Part shown: positions 10,047-19,561 of the stretch, one piece after another
How positions within the stretch are numbered: the first letter of the stretch is position 1
Layout: each line of letters opens with the position of its first letter
Origin: Microcoleus sp.
Lineage (GTDB): Bacteria; Cyanobacteriota; Cyanobacteriia; Cyanobacteriales; Microcoleaceae
NCBI GenBank assembly: GCA_042408215.1
Contig: JAYFMW010000005.1
Coordinates: 1 to 64,000, forward strand
Length of the DNA stretch: 64,000 bases
Reading direction: 5' to 3'
Program-made: the position numbers and the translations under genes
Notes under the pieces: model-generated
The model's input: the letters and a program-made list of their open reading frames with translations, nothing else
The model's database searches: none
Told to the model about the DNA's origin: nothing

Positions 10047-10358
10047 ATGCAACTGCAACTCCAGTATTTCTTGTTATTAGCCGCCGCACTGTTCTGTATT
10101 GGTATTTACGGTTTGATTACGAGCAGAAATGCAGTGCGGGTGTTGATGTCGATCGAGTTAATGCTGAATGCCGTCAATCTTAATTTGATGGGTTTCTCCA
10201 ATTATCTCGACCCCGTACAGATTAAAGGCCAAGTATTTACCGTGTTTGTAGTTACGGTAGCGGCGGCTGAGGCTGCGGTAGGTTTGGCAATTGTGTTGGC
10301 GATTTATCGAAATCGTAATACAGTAGACATGGAAGAATTTAATTTGCTGAAGTGGTAA
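10047..10358 (+). CDS. ndhE: NAD(P)H-quinone oxidoreductase subunit 4L
   Basis: [20 protein letters not shown] and [11 protein letters not shown] motifs. Confidence 0.97.
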   Translation: MQLQLQYFLLLAAALFCIGIYGLITSRNAVRVLMSIELMLNAVNLNLMGFSNYLDPVQIKGQVFTVFVVTVAAAEAAVGLAIVLAIYRNRNTVDMEEFNLLKW

Positions 10359-10705
10359 TTAGTCAGTAGTCATCAGTCAGCAGTCATTAGTCATTAGTCA
10401 GCAGTCATTAGTCATTAGTCAGCAGTCATTAGTCATTAGTTATTGGTTGAATGATAACTGCCAAAAGCCAAAAGCCAAAAGCCAAAAGCCAAAAGCCAAC
10501 TGACCAATGACTAATAACCAAAGACGAAAGACGAAAGACGAAAGACGAAAGACGAAAGACGAATGACCACTGACTAAATACTAATGACTAATGACTAATG
10601 ACGAATGACCACTGACTAAATACTAATGACCAAAGACGAATGACCACTGACTAAATACTAATGACTAATGACTAATGACTAATGACTAATGACTAATGAC
10701 TAATG
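10359..10705. repeat. Composite heptamer tandem repeats (AGTCATT)n, (GCCAAAA)n, (AAGACGA)n, (AATGACT)n
   Basis: Visible tandem heptamers fill the ndhE-folB intergenic region. Confidence 0.9.
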
Positions 10706-11056
10706 ACTTCTAGTAATTTCTAGAGTGATTTTACCACCAAAATCAGGGATAGGGGCAGCAGGTTTTGAGAGTTGTAGTTTAACTTTCTCAACTAACGGTA
10801 GTTGTAAAAGTGCTTGGGCGATCGTATCTGCTAGGCGTTCGATCAATAAAAACTTCGACTCTTTGACTAGCATTTGAATCATACTAATAGCGCTACGGTA
10901 ATCGAGAGTATGTTCAATATCATCACTTTTGCCCGATGGGGATAAATCCAGCCAGAGAGTAACATCCACTTCAAACCACTGGCCCAAAACCTGCTCTTCC
11001 GGCAGATAGCCCGTGTATCCGTAACAGCGAATGCCTGTAAGTTGAATAGAATCCAT
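10700..11056 (-). CDS. folB: Dihydroneopterin aldolase
   Basis: GYTGYLPEEQVLGQWFEVD, TLDY, LIERLA and KPAAPI motifs. Confidence 0.95.
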   Translation of the reverse strand: MDSIQLTGIRCYGYTGYLPEEQVLGQWFEVDVTLWLDLSPSGKSDDIEHTLDYRSAISMIQMLVKESKFLLIERLADTIAQALLQLPLVEKVKLQLSKPAAPIPDFGGKITLEITRSH

Positions 11057-11149
11057 TTTGCAATAAACTAAAAGTGCGTTGCCTATACCAATTTGTATTA
11101 AACCAGATAAAGCGATCTTTCTCTTCCCTCTCTTTTTTGGCCCCGTCTT

Positions 11150-11405
11150 CCTCTTCCCTCTGCGCCCTCTGCGCCCTCTGCGGTTAAATAAATCTTATCT
11201 TAAATTTCAAAAAAGCGATCTTTCTCTTCCCTCTCTTTCTTTGCCGCCTCTTCCTGTTCCCTCTGCGCCCTCTGCGCCCTCTGCGGTTAAATAAATCTTA
11301 TCCTATCTTAAATTTCAAAAAAGTGATCTTTCTCCCTATCTTTCCTTACCCATCTTCCTCTTCCCTCTGCGCCCTCTGCGCCCTCTGCGGTTAAATAAAT
11401 CTTAT
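11150..11405. repeat. Three copies of CCCTCTGCG-CCCTCTGCG-CCCTCTGCGGTTAAATAAATCTTAT
   Basis: Direct repeats near 11155, 11258 and 11363; reverse-complement relatives near 32715 and 40595. Confidence 0.85.
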
Positions 11406-11418
11406 TCTATCTTAAATT

Positions 11419-12792
11419 TCACAACTGTCCTCCCTTCTCCAACTTGTCCAGCAAATCCTCAGCAACTTCACACCATTGCTTCCTGATTTCAGCATCTTCT
11501 GGATTTTCTGTCAAGGTACGCCCTTTTAATTCTGGATATTTATTGTAAAATAATTCATCAACTTTTTGATAGAATATATCTCGATCAATGTTGAGATTTT
11601 TGCGCCGTTTACCAATCTTTTCTTGACGAATTATTTCTGCTCGATCTAAGGATGTATCGGGAGGTTGCGGGCGCGAGGAAACTTTAGGTAAATCAGGCAA
11701 CTTTGGCAACGTGAAACCAGATTTGACTACACTAAAAGCTAACATTCCCGGCACCAAAACCACACTTAAACTCGCTACGGTTTTCCAAGGAATTAACTTG
11801 AAAGGGTTGTTGATATTAACAATTTGAGGGTTTTGGTTAACAGGAGTAGTATGATGATTAATGCTAGAAGTTTGAGTGCTGTGTTTAAAAGGGCGGCCGA
11901 CAAAGTTCATTGTCACCATTTGGGAGAGCATACTACTAATTTGAGATAATTTTGGATCTTTGAGGGCTTCGCGGACTTGTTTTGCAGATTGGTAGCGATC
12001 GCCCGCTTGGTCTGCTAACATCCGATCCAATACCGTCCCTAAATTTGGGCTAACACTGACCTGCGATCGCCAATCCCAAGTTTTCTGATTAATATCGTAC
12101 AATTTTTGAGGCTTTTTCCCTGTCAGCAAGACTAAAGCGGTGACAGCCAAAGCATACAAATCGCTAGCCGGAGACACTTTACCCTGTCGCATTTGTTCCG
12201 TGGGCGAATAACCGTGTTTGCCGATCGCAGTATCCGATTGTCCCTTAAACTGAAATAGAGCAGTCGCTGCGATTTGTTTGACAGAACCGAAATCAATTAA
12301 AAATGGTAGTTTGTCAACATCATGCTGAATAATATTGTCCGGGGAAATATCGCGGTGAATTAAATTTTTCGAGTGGATGTATTCTAAAACTGGTAAAAGC
12401 TGAAATAGTAGTTGAGTAACTTCAGCTTCGTTAAAATTGTTACCTTGTTGCTGACGCGATATCAGTATTCCTTCGTAGGTTTGACCTTGGATATAATCTT
12501 GCACTAAAAATACAGATTGATTCCCGCCGATATCGGTTCGCAGGATCTCTCGAAACCGGGGGATTTGCGGGTGTTGGAGGTTGTAAAGGATCTTCGATTC
12601 GCGATCGAACAATTCGACCGCTTTCGGGCTGTGAACCACCGGAGAAAACTCTTTGAGCACGCAATGTTCGCCGTAGCGATTGATATCTTCGGCGAGATAA
12701 GTGCGGCCGAAACCGCCGCGGCCCAATTCCCGGAGGATGCGGTAGCGTTTTTCGAGGGTTGAACCTGGGGTGACGAGGGAGGAGTTAGACAT
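11419..12792 (-). CDS. Ser/Thr protein kinase with TM segment and C-terminal domain
   Basis: LGRGGFGRTY, HRDISPDN and DFG motifs; start taken at MSNSSLV. Confidence 0.92.
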   Translation of the reverse strand: MSNSSLVTPGSTLEKRYRILRELGRGGFGRTYLAEDINRYGEHCVLKEFSPVVHSPKAVELFDRESKILYNLQHPQIPRFREILRTDIGGNQSVFLVQDYIQGQTYEGILISRQQQGNNFNEAEVTQLLFQLLPVLEYIHSKNLIHRDISPDNIIQHDVDKLPFLIDFGSVKQIAATALFQFKGQSDTAIGKHGYSPTEQMRQGKVSPASDLYALAVTALVLLTGKKPQKLYDINQKTWDWRSQVSVSPNLGTVLDRMLADQAGDRYQSAKQVREALKDPKLSQISSMLSQMVTMNFVGRPFKHSTQTSSINHHTTPVNQNPQIVNINNPFKLIPWKTVASLSVVLVPGMLAFSVVKSGFTLPKLPDLPKVSSRPQPPDTSLDRAEIIRQEKIGKRRKNLNIDRDIFYQKVDELFYNKYPELKGRTLTENPEDAEIRKQWCEVAEDLLDKLEKGGQL

Positions 12793-12917
12793 AGACAACT
12801 GAATATTGTTCGAGTTGGGGAAATCATAGCTTAATTGTAGCGAAATTTGTTTGTAACGGAGGGAAGGAAGGGCGATCGCTTTTTTTGGGGAGGGATGAAG
12901 AAGAAGGGACACTTTGT

Positions 12918-13337
12918 TTAAGATTCAGTATCTTGTTTTAAATCACTTAATGATGAAATAATATTCTCACTGATTTTTAAAGCATATTTGACATCTTTTT
13001 GTAAATTAAATATAGTATCTGCATAATCAGCTTTATTTCTAAGTTCTCTTAATCTACTTAAATTTTCACCTATTTTTATGATTTTTGGGTGTTGCGATTT
13101 GTGAAAAATGAATTCCTCAGCTACATATTGATGTTCATTGATATCAAAACTGTTTTTGCGAGACAGTCTGGGGTCTTTTTCAATATCGCGCAAGTAATTC
13201 CGAGACAAACAGAAAACTGAATAGTAAGCTCTACTCACAGCAGAGCGTAATTTGGCTTCACTACTGGCGGAATTTTCGCTAGATATAGCAGCCAACTCCT
13301 GTGCTAAATTAAAATACTCAGACCAATCAAATTTCAT
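12918..13337 (-). CDS. HEPN-domain protein (putative RNase toxin)
   Basis: MKFDWSEYFNLA...RSAVSRAYY...LRELRNKADY HEPN signature. Confidence 0.8.
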   Translation of the reverse strand: MKFDWSEYFNLAQELAAISSENSASSEAKLRSAVSRAYYSVFCLSRNYLRDIEKDPRLSRKNSFDINEHQYVAEEFIFHKSQHPKIIKIGENLSRLRELRNKADYADTIFNLQKDVKYALKISENIISSLSDLKQDTES

Positions 13338-13719
13338 TTGATTCCCATTCAAGATTAATATGCAAATTACTTTTAGGAACAGAAGTTACAGCCTCCAGCC
13401 ACCAAGTATCATCCAGAATCATTAATTTGTCAAAAGCTTCATCAACTTCGAGTTTAGTATAGATAGTAATCCAGAGATTTTTACTCTCCGCTATTTCAGG
13501 ATCTATTTTGACTTCTAATCCTAATCTTTCGTTAGGAAATAGGCTGGTGATTTTATCATGAGCTTCAACAATTAAGGATGTAATTGCTTGTTTATCGACG
13601 ATGAATTGAAAAGTTTTTAGTGGGTCAGGGATGCTGTAGAGGTTTGTGATTTGATTAAATGAATTAATTAAATCATCAAAGGCTTTGCTCTTGACATCTG
13701 TATCTTGTATGAGAGTCAT
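13327..13719 (-). CDS. Hypothetical protein, putative antitoxin partner of the HEPN protein
   Basis: 130-aa acidic ORF overlapping the HEPN start; AT-rich two-gene unit. Confidence 0.65.
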   Translation of the reverse strand: MTLIQDTDVKSKAFDDLINSFNQITNLYSIPDPLKTFQFIVDKQAITSLIVEAHDKITSLFPNERLGLEVKIDPEIAESKNLWITIYTKLEVDEAFDKLMILDDTWWLEAVTSVPKSNLHINLEWESNEI

Positions 13720-13894
13720 ATGACTAGATGGTGACAGAGGTTTGACTGTTTAAATTATAGCTGATAAGTAAGCACACGTAAGCAAACAGAATACCCCTAT
13801 TTTTAAATAAAAAAAATTTGATCGCCCTTCTGCCTTCATGGAAAAGGAAAAAGTACAGAGGGTAAAACGGTAGAGAAGAGCGATCTGCGACCAA

Positions 13895-13962
13895 AGAAAC
13901 CGGGTTTTTTACCTGATCTACGCACTCTAACGAAGTATTTTCGTAAAAAAAACCCAGTTTCT
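13895..13962. repeat. Single AGAAACCGGG hairpin unit
   Basis: AGAAACCGGGTTTTTT ... AAAAAACCCAGTTTCT. Confidence 0.8.
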
Positions 13963-13986
13963 GACCACCCATGCGTCCAGGCTATA

Positions 13987-15291
13987 TTACAAATCCCGAT
14001 GCGTAAACTCCTTAGCCTCATTTCCCACATAACTCGCCGCAATATGACCATCCCCAACAACTCGATACTTATACGTCACCAACCCTTCTAAACCAACAGG
14101 CCCGCGAGGCGGCATTTGCTGCGTGCTAATCCCAACTTCTGCACCGAAACCGTAGCGGAAACCATCAGCAAATCGAGTCGAACAATTGTGATAAACTCCG
14201 GCAGCATCTACTTGATTCAAGAAGGTTTCAGCGGCTTCGCTATCTTCGGTGACAATTGCATCTGTATGTCTTGAACCGTAAGTATTAATGTGGTTAATTG
14301 CCTCTTCCACAGAATCTACTATTTTGATTGATAAGATTAAATCACTGTATTCTGTAGACCAATCTGTTTCTGTTGCTGCGGCAATATCCAAGATTTCGCG
14401 GGTGATTTCGTCTCCTCGCAGTTCGACTTTTTTCTGCTGCAAAGCTTCGGCAACTGCGGGCAAGAATTTGGGAGCGATCGCACTGTGAACTAACAAAGTT
14501 TCAATAGCATTGCAGGCGGCTGGATACTGAGTTTTGGCATCGACTGCAATCTCTACTGCTTTGTGAATATCAGCGGCTTTGTCTGCATACAAATGACAAA
14601 TTCCGTCGGCGTGTCCCAAGACTGGAATGCGGGTATTTTCCTGCACAAACTGGACAAAAGAGTTGGAACCTCTGGGAATAATCAAATCTATATATTCATC
14701 CATTTTTAGCAGTTCGATTGTTTCTTCCCGCGTGGTTAGTAACTGCACGCATTCGGGATTGACTGCGGTTTCTGCTAAGGCTTGTTGAATTACTTTGGTC
14801 AAGATTTCGCAGGAACGGACGGCCTCTTTGCCTCCTTTGAGAATGACACCATTTCCCGATTTAATTGCCAAGGATACTATCTGAATTAAAGCCTCTGGGC
14901 GCGCTTCAAAAATAATCCCTAAAACCCCCAAAGGACAGGTAACGCGCTTCAGAATCAATCCTGTATCCAATTCACGGTGAATTTGCACGACACCGATCGG
15001 CTCTGGGAGTTTGGCAACGTCGCGCAGGCCGGCGATCGCACTTTTCAACTTGACTTCATCTAACTTCAGGCGATCGTACAGCGGTTTGGCAATTCCCTCC
15101 GCCTCAGCAGCTTGGCGATCCGCCACATTCGCCGCCACAATGGACGGCGCAGCAACTTCTAAAGCTTTAGCAATAGCTTCTATAGCTTGATTTTTGGCTG
15201 ATGCAGACAAAACGGCTAACTTTCTAGCAGCTTGGCGGGTTTTTTGGGCAATTTGGGCGATCGACATAACAGCAACTTGTGAAAAATTCAT
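13987..15291 (-). CDS. proA: Gamma-glutamyl phosphate reductase
   Basis: [24 protein letters not shown] and [20 protein letters not shown] motifs; start may be 15267. Confidence 0.96.
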   Translation of the reverse strand: MNFSQVAVMSIAQIAQKTRQAARKLAVLSASAKNQAIEAIAKALEVAAPSIVAANVADRQAAEAEGIAKPLYDRLKLDEVKLKSAIAGLRDVAKLPEPIGVVQIHRELDTGLILKRVTCPLGVLGIIFEARPEALIQIVSLAIKSGNGVILKGGKEAVRSCEILTKVIQQALAETAVNPECVQLLTTREETIELLKMDEYIDLIIPRGSNSFVQFVQENTRIPVLGHADGICHLYADKAADIHKAVEIAVDAKTQYPAACNAIETLLVHSAIAPKFLPAVAEALQQKKVELRGDEITREILDIAAATETDWSTEYSDLILSIKIVDSVEEAINHINTYGSRHTDAIVTEDSEAAETFLNQVDAAGVYHNCSTRFADGFRYGFGAEVGISTQQMPPRGPVGLEGLVTYKYRVVGDGHIAASYVGNEAKEFTHRDL

Positions 15292-15441
15292 TATACTCCG
15301 TTTCAATCTTAACAATTTTAGAACAAATTCTATATTTTTGTTGAGAATCGGTACGACAATCCCAGTTTATAGGCTAAAACAGTAAAGTACATATAAATTC
15401 AGACAAACATTCCTATTTTAAAATAACCTTTGGAGATAATT

Positions 15442-17154
15442 ATGTCATCTCAATCCCCTTTACACAAGACAGGAAGATCCCCAACAGCCGGCCTTAAGCT
15501 GGTACTGCAAACAGGCGGAAATCTCGCTTTAGCTTCCGGTGTCACCATCACCTTGCTATTAGGTATGGTGTTGGCCCTATCCTTAGCCACGGTTTTCATG
15601 CTCAATAGTCCAGATCCAGTTGTCGGATTTTCCATCGCACTTCCTATTACCCTGATTGTCAACATAGCGACTTTTTTTTTATCACCTTTGTTGATGGACT
15701 TAACCCAAAATTGGCTATACAATACTCGCTGGGTTTCCCTAGAAGAAATTGAAACCAAAAGTCCCGAAGCTGCGCAAGTTATTCAGAAGGTTTGTGAGCT
15801 GCAAAAACTGAAGCAACCGCGCTTAGGAATTATCGACGACCAAAACCCCACTGCTTTTACTTACGGTTCCTTTCCAAACAGCGCTCGCGTAGTCGTCAGT
15901 CAAGGTCTTTTTACCTATTTAGATGACGATGAAGTTGCCATTGTTTACGCGCACGAACTCGGTCACATCGTCCACTGGGACTTTGCAGTAATGACTTTAG
16001 CTTCGACTTTAGTGCAAATTACTTATTTGATTTACACTACTGCTCAAAGACTCGGCCACAAAGGCGGCGAAAAAGCGAAAGATGCTGCCAGTTCAGTAGC
16101 TGCTGTCGCTTATTTTTTTTACATTTTAGGCACTTATTTGTTACTATACTTGTCCCGCACCAGGGAATATTTTGCCGACCATTTTGCCGCCGAAACTACC
16201 GGCAACCCCAATGCTTTGTCTCGCGCTTTGGTAAAAATTGCTTACGGTATTTTGGAAGAAGGACAAAGAGCAACAGAACCCAGTCGCTTATTAGAAGGAA
16301 CTCGTGCTTTAGGCATTTACGATGCCAAAGCTGCCATATCTACCGGCACTGCTTACCGGATTTCTTCGGAACCAGCCAAAATTGGGCGAGTGTTTTTGTG
16401 GGATATATTTAATCCTTGGGCTTGGTGGATGGAGTTGAATTCGACTCATCCATTAACTGGTAAACGAGTTCGCGCTTTGAGCACTTACGCCGAACAATTA
16501 GGCTTAGATATTGAGTTTGATCTGGGCCGGATTGTCGGGGAAGGTCACCATTTGAGCAAGGGGAAATTGTACGGCAATTTTGTGTTCGATTTGTTGCTTT
16601 ACTGTGCTGAAATTCTCGGTTTGTCGGTGGGTTTGGCGATCGGCATTTCCCTGTCTGCTGTGAATCCGACGATCGTGATTTCCTGTGCTTTGATTGGTTT
16701 GGGTACGGGAATTTTGGTCAAGACTTTGGTGATCTTCCCGAAATACGACCAAGCAGAAAAGCTTGATGTTTTAACCTTAATGTCTGACCCCTATGCTAGT
16801 CCTTTGCGGGGTCAACCTGCGAAACTTCAGGGCGAATTAATTGGTCGAGGCGATGCGGGTTATGTGTTTGGTTCGGATTTGAAATTGCAAGACAGAACGG
16901 GGATGATTTATCTGCGCTATGCCGATCGTTTTGGCCCGATTGGTAATTTTGTGTTTGGGATGAAACGGGTGAAAAGTTTGATTGATATGGATGTTAATGC
17001 TTTGGGTTGGTTCCGCCGTGGTGTCGCACCTTGGATGGATTTAATTCAGCTTGAAAGCGATAGCGGTACGACGGTTAATAGTTATCACCGCTTCTGGTCT
17101 TTTGTGATGGGTTCGGGTGCGCTCGTTTTAGGTATTGCATCGCTCTTTGTGTGA
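15442..17154 (+). CDS. M48 (HtpX-like) zinc metalloprotease with extended C-terminus
   Basis: PTAFT, HELGH, SRTREYFAD and STHP motifs; several TM helices. Confidence 0.9.
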   Translation: MSSQSPLHKTGRSPTAGLKLVLQTGGNLALASGVTITLLLGMVLALSLATVFMLNSPDPVVGFSIALPITLIVNIATFFLSPLLMDLTQNWLYNTRWVSLEEIETKSPEAAQVIQKVCELQKLKQPRLGIIDDQNPTAFTYGSFPNSARVVVSQGLFTYLDDDEVAIVYAHELGHIVHWDFAVMTLASTLVQITYLIYTTAQRLGHKGGEKAKDAASSVAAVAYFFYILGTYLLLYLSRTREYFADHFAAETTGNPNALSRALVKIAYGILEEGQRATEPSRLLEGTRALGIYDAKAAISTGTAYRISSEPAKIGRVFLWDIFNPWAWWMELNSTHPLTGKRVRALSTYAEQLGLDIEFDLGRIVGEGHHLSKGKLYGNFVFDLLLYCAEILGLSVGLAIGISLSAVNPTIVISCALIGLGTGILVKTLVIFPKYDQAEKLDVLTLMSDPYASPLRGQPAKLQGELIGRGDAGYVFGSDLKLQDRTGMIYLRYADRFGPIGNFVFGMKRVKSLIDMDVNALGWFRRGVAPWMDLIQLESDSGTTVNSYHRFWSFVMGSGALVLGIASLFV

Positions 17155-17166
17155 TTTCTATTCTGT

Positions 17167-17201
17167 TAGCACCCCGACTTTTTCAATAAGTCGGGGTGCT
17201 A
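17167..17201. terminator. Hairpin between convergent genes (possible bidirectional terminator)
   Basis: TAGCACCCCGACTT-TTTCAAT-AAGTCGGGGTGCTA. Confidence 0.6.
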
Positions 17202-18395
17202 GTATTCTGTTTTTTGAGTTGAGTTGCTCATGAAGGGTTTCTCAAAGATTATATGAAAAATATAAGCACTCAAGAGGCATAGTGGTAATCCTAATACTGA
17301 AAGTAGGATAAAATTGACTAAAGGTGTTCGGATTGCATCTTTTAGAGCGAATTGAAGCAGTGCCATCGCTATGGTATGCACTAAGTACAGACTATAAGAA
17401 AAAGACCCTAATTTAACCAGCCATCGCCCTTCTAATATCTGCAAAATACCCTGAAAATTAGTTTTTATTCCTTCCGACAAAAACCGCGTGCAGGAGATAA
17501 TTAACCCCGTAGCTACTACACCCAATAAAATATCGTCAAAAATGATGTTCACTTGGATCAGATCGAAGGCATTGGCAATGACTAAACTAATCCAAATTCC
17601 ACCTAGTAGGCTCGTCACTAAATCCCAAGGAAATCTTTCTTTCAAATTTACTAATGATTGCTTTTTAGAAAATCCGATCGTGGCACCAATCATTCCTAGT
17701 GTAAATAGGATTATGTACCACCAATGGGCTATGCGAAAACCAATTGCAGCGCCAAATATACTCGCGACAACTAAGACAGGTATGATGCCAAAGCGTCGCC
17801 ATACAGGTAGTAGTAAAAATGCAAACACGAAATAGATTTGCCATTCTAGTGCTACACTCCACATGGGGGGATTGATCAGGAATACCCATTGACCTTTTAG
17901 GTTATGAACCAGCAATAAGTGTGATAAGATGCCATCTAGAGTGAAAGCAGGTTGTCCAGAATTCCAATGCCATCCTGTAGCAGACATTAAAGTTGCTGGT
18001 ACTAGAGCCGACAACAGCAAGGAAAAGAAAAGGGCTGCGTAATAAGGAGGTAAAATTCTTCGGGCGCGTCGCTTGATGTAATGAACAACTCCACCTCGCA
18101 GTTTACCATCGCTAGATTTAGCAACAGGTAACATTAAACAATAGCCAGAAAGCACAATGAAGATGGCAACACTGGATGCTCCATGAGACATGAAGACTTC
18201 TATTATTGAGTTCAATAAATAAGGTAATTGTATGATTCCTGATTTAGTGTTAATGACATCAAGATAAATGTGAAACCAGACCACGTAGAGAGCTGCAATC
18301 CCCCGCATTCCATCTAAATATTCAAGCCTAATTCTTGTAGATTTTGCGGGATTTAATTGCTCTGCTGAGGATTGAGATAATTTAATGCTAGACAT
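17199..18395 (-). CDS. Acyltransferase family 3 (OafA-like O-acyltransferase)
   Basis: LDGMRGIAA, FIVLSGY, RRARRILPPY, WSVALEWQIY and SYSLYLVH motifs. Confidence 0.9.
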   Translation of the reverse strand: MSSIKLSQSSAEQLNPAKSTRIRLEYLDGMRGIAALYVVWFHIYLDVINTKSGIIQLPYLLNSIIEVFMSHGASSVAIFIVLSGYCLMLPVAKSSDGKLRGGVVHYIKRRARRILPPYYAALFFSLLLSALVPATLMSATGWHWNSGQPAFTLDGILSHLLLVHNLKGQWVFLINPPMWSVALEWQIYFVFAFLLLPVWRRFGIIPVLVVASIFGAAIGFRIAHWWYIILFTLGMIGATIGFSKKQSLVNLKERFPWDLVTSLLGGIWISLVIANAFDLIQVNIIFDDILLGVVATGLIISCTRFLSEGIKTNFQGILQILEGRWLVKLGSFSYSLYLVHTIAMALLQFALKDAIRTPLVNFILLSVLGLPLCLLSAYIFHIIFEKPFMSNSTQKTEY

Positions 18396-18409
18396 GAAAC
18401 TCCGTAATA

Positions 18410-18856
18410 TTATTCACAGACAGTGCGATCGGTATTGGAAGGGGGGTCGATTTTTTTGACAACTCTCGCAGGTATTCCCGCGACAATAGTATAAGGCTGT
18501 ACGTCTTTATTCACCAGAGAACCAGCAGCTACTACTGAATGTTCTCCAATTATACAAGGCCCAATCACCGTCACATTACTAGCCAGCCAAGCTCCTTCCT
18601 TAATGATGACATCTCTGTCAAAACCTGGAACAGTGATTTGTCTTTCACGACCAAACTTGTTATAATCATGGGTTCCTGTTAAAACTGAAACATTCAGTCC
18701 CAAAAATACATATTCTCCTATTTTGATGTCGCCGGAGATTGTATTAAAAGTAGCATTGTTAATCACCGCAGTTTCTGCTATTTGCAAACGGTCTTCATTC
18801 CCGTAAAGCAAGTATTTGAATAGAAAGCGGGTTTCCATATATCTGTCGATCGCCAA
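18410..18856 (-). CDS. Hexapeptide-repeat (left-handed beta-helix) acetyltransferase; true start uncertain
   Basis: IKIGEYVFLG, VIIKEGAWLA, VAAGSLVNKDV and AGIPARVVK motifs. Confidence 0.8.
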   Translation of the reverse strand: MAIDRYMETRFLFKYLLYGNEDRLQIAETAVINNATFNTISGDIKIGEYVFLGLNVSVLTGTHDYNKFGRERQITVPGFDRDVIIKEGAWLASNVTVIGPCIIGEHSVVAAGSLVNKDVQPYTIVAGIPARVVKKIDPPSNTDRTVCE

Positions 18857-19561
18857 ATTTCCTATTCTGGAAAAGAAGATATCGTAAAGTTTAGTGACAA
18901 CAAGTTTAATTCTTTTTTTGATCGTTCTCGAAACTCCTTTTTTGCTATTAAATAAGGTTTAGCATTTCCCACAATTGCCAATCTTGTGTTGATTTGACAC
19001 AGATGGTATTTGACCGAGACGATGCCCTGGATTTGAGATTTTGGATGTATCGACTCGCTTGGTCATCTTTGCGATCGAGAATCTCTTGTTTAATCTTACC
19101 AGTTTTGTCCATCAGCGCAACTTCCATCGGACAAACCGAGTTGCAGTAGTAACGACTGATAAATCCCCACAAGCATTCTGTGCCCTGGTTGTATTTTTAG
19201 AGCCTATTTTCTGTATCGCTATCGCGGGAGTCCGCGATGGTGCGCTCAGCTTTGGCGTGGGCGTGGAAACCGATAAATTCGGGGTTGACTTCGCGGGATT
19301 TGCAGAATAGCACGCGCCGCAGAGAATTCAATTGAACTGAAATTAGCTATTTTTGGCTAATTCGCAGCCAGTTCGTAGTCAGGACTTTATTCCTCTCAAA
19401 TGAGGAATAATCAGAGAATGATCGTACAATGAGTGTCAAGCGTTTAGTCAATTTTGATGAGATGAGTTGAGGGATCATTCTTGACTGGGTATGAAGGAGC
19501 GATCGCAAGGGATGGTAGAATGTATTTGCTCTCAAAAATCCCAATTTAATAAAAATCATTT

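Noticed and set aside
19041..19310. 89-aa ORF in the divergent intergenic region
   Set aside because: No recognisable motif or RBS; cannot be supported.
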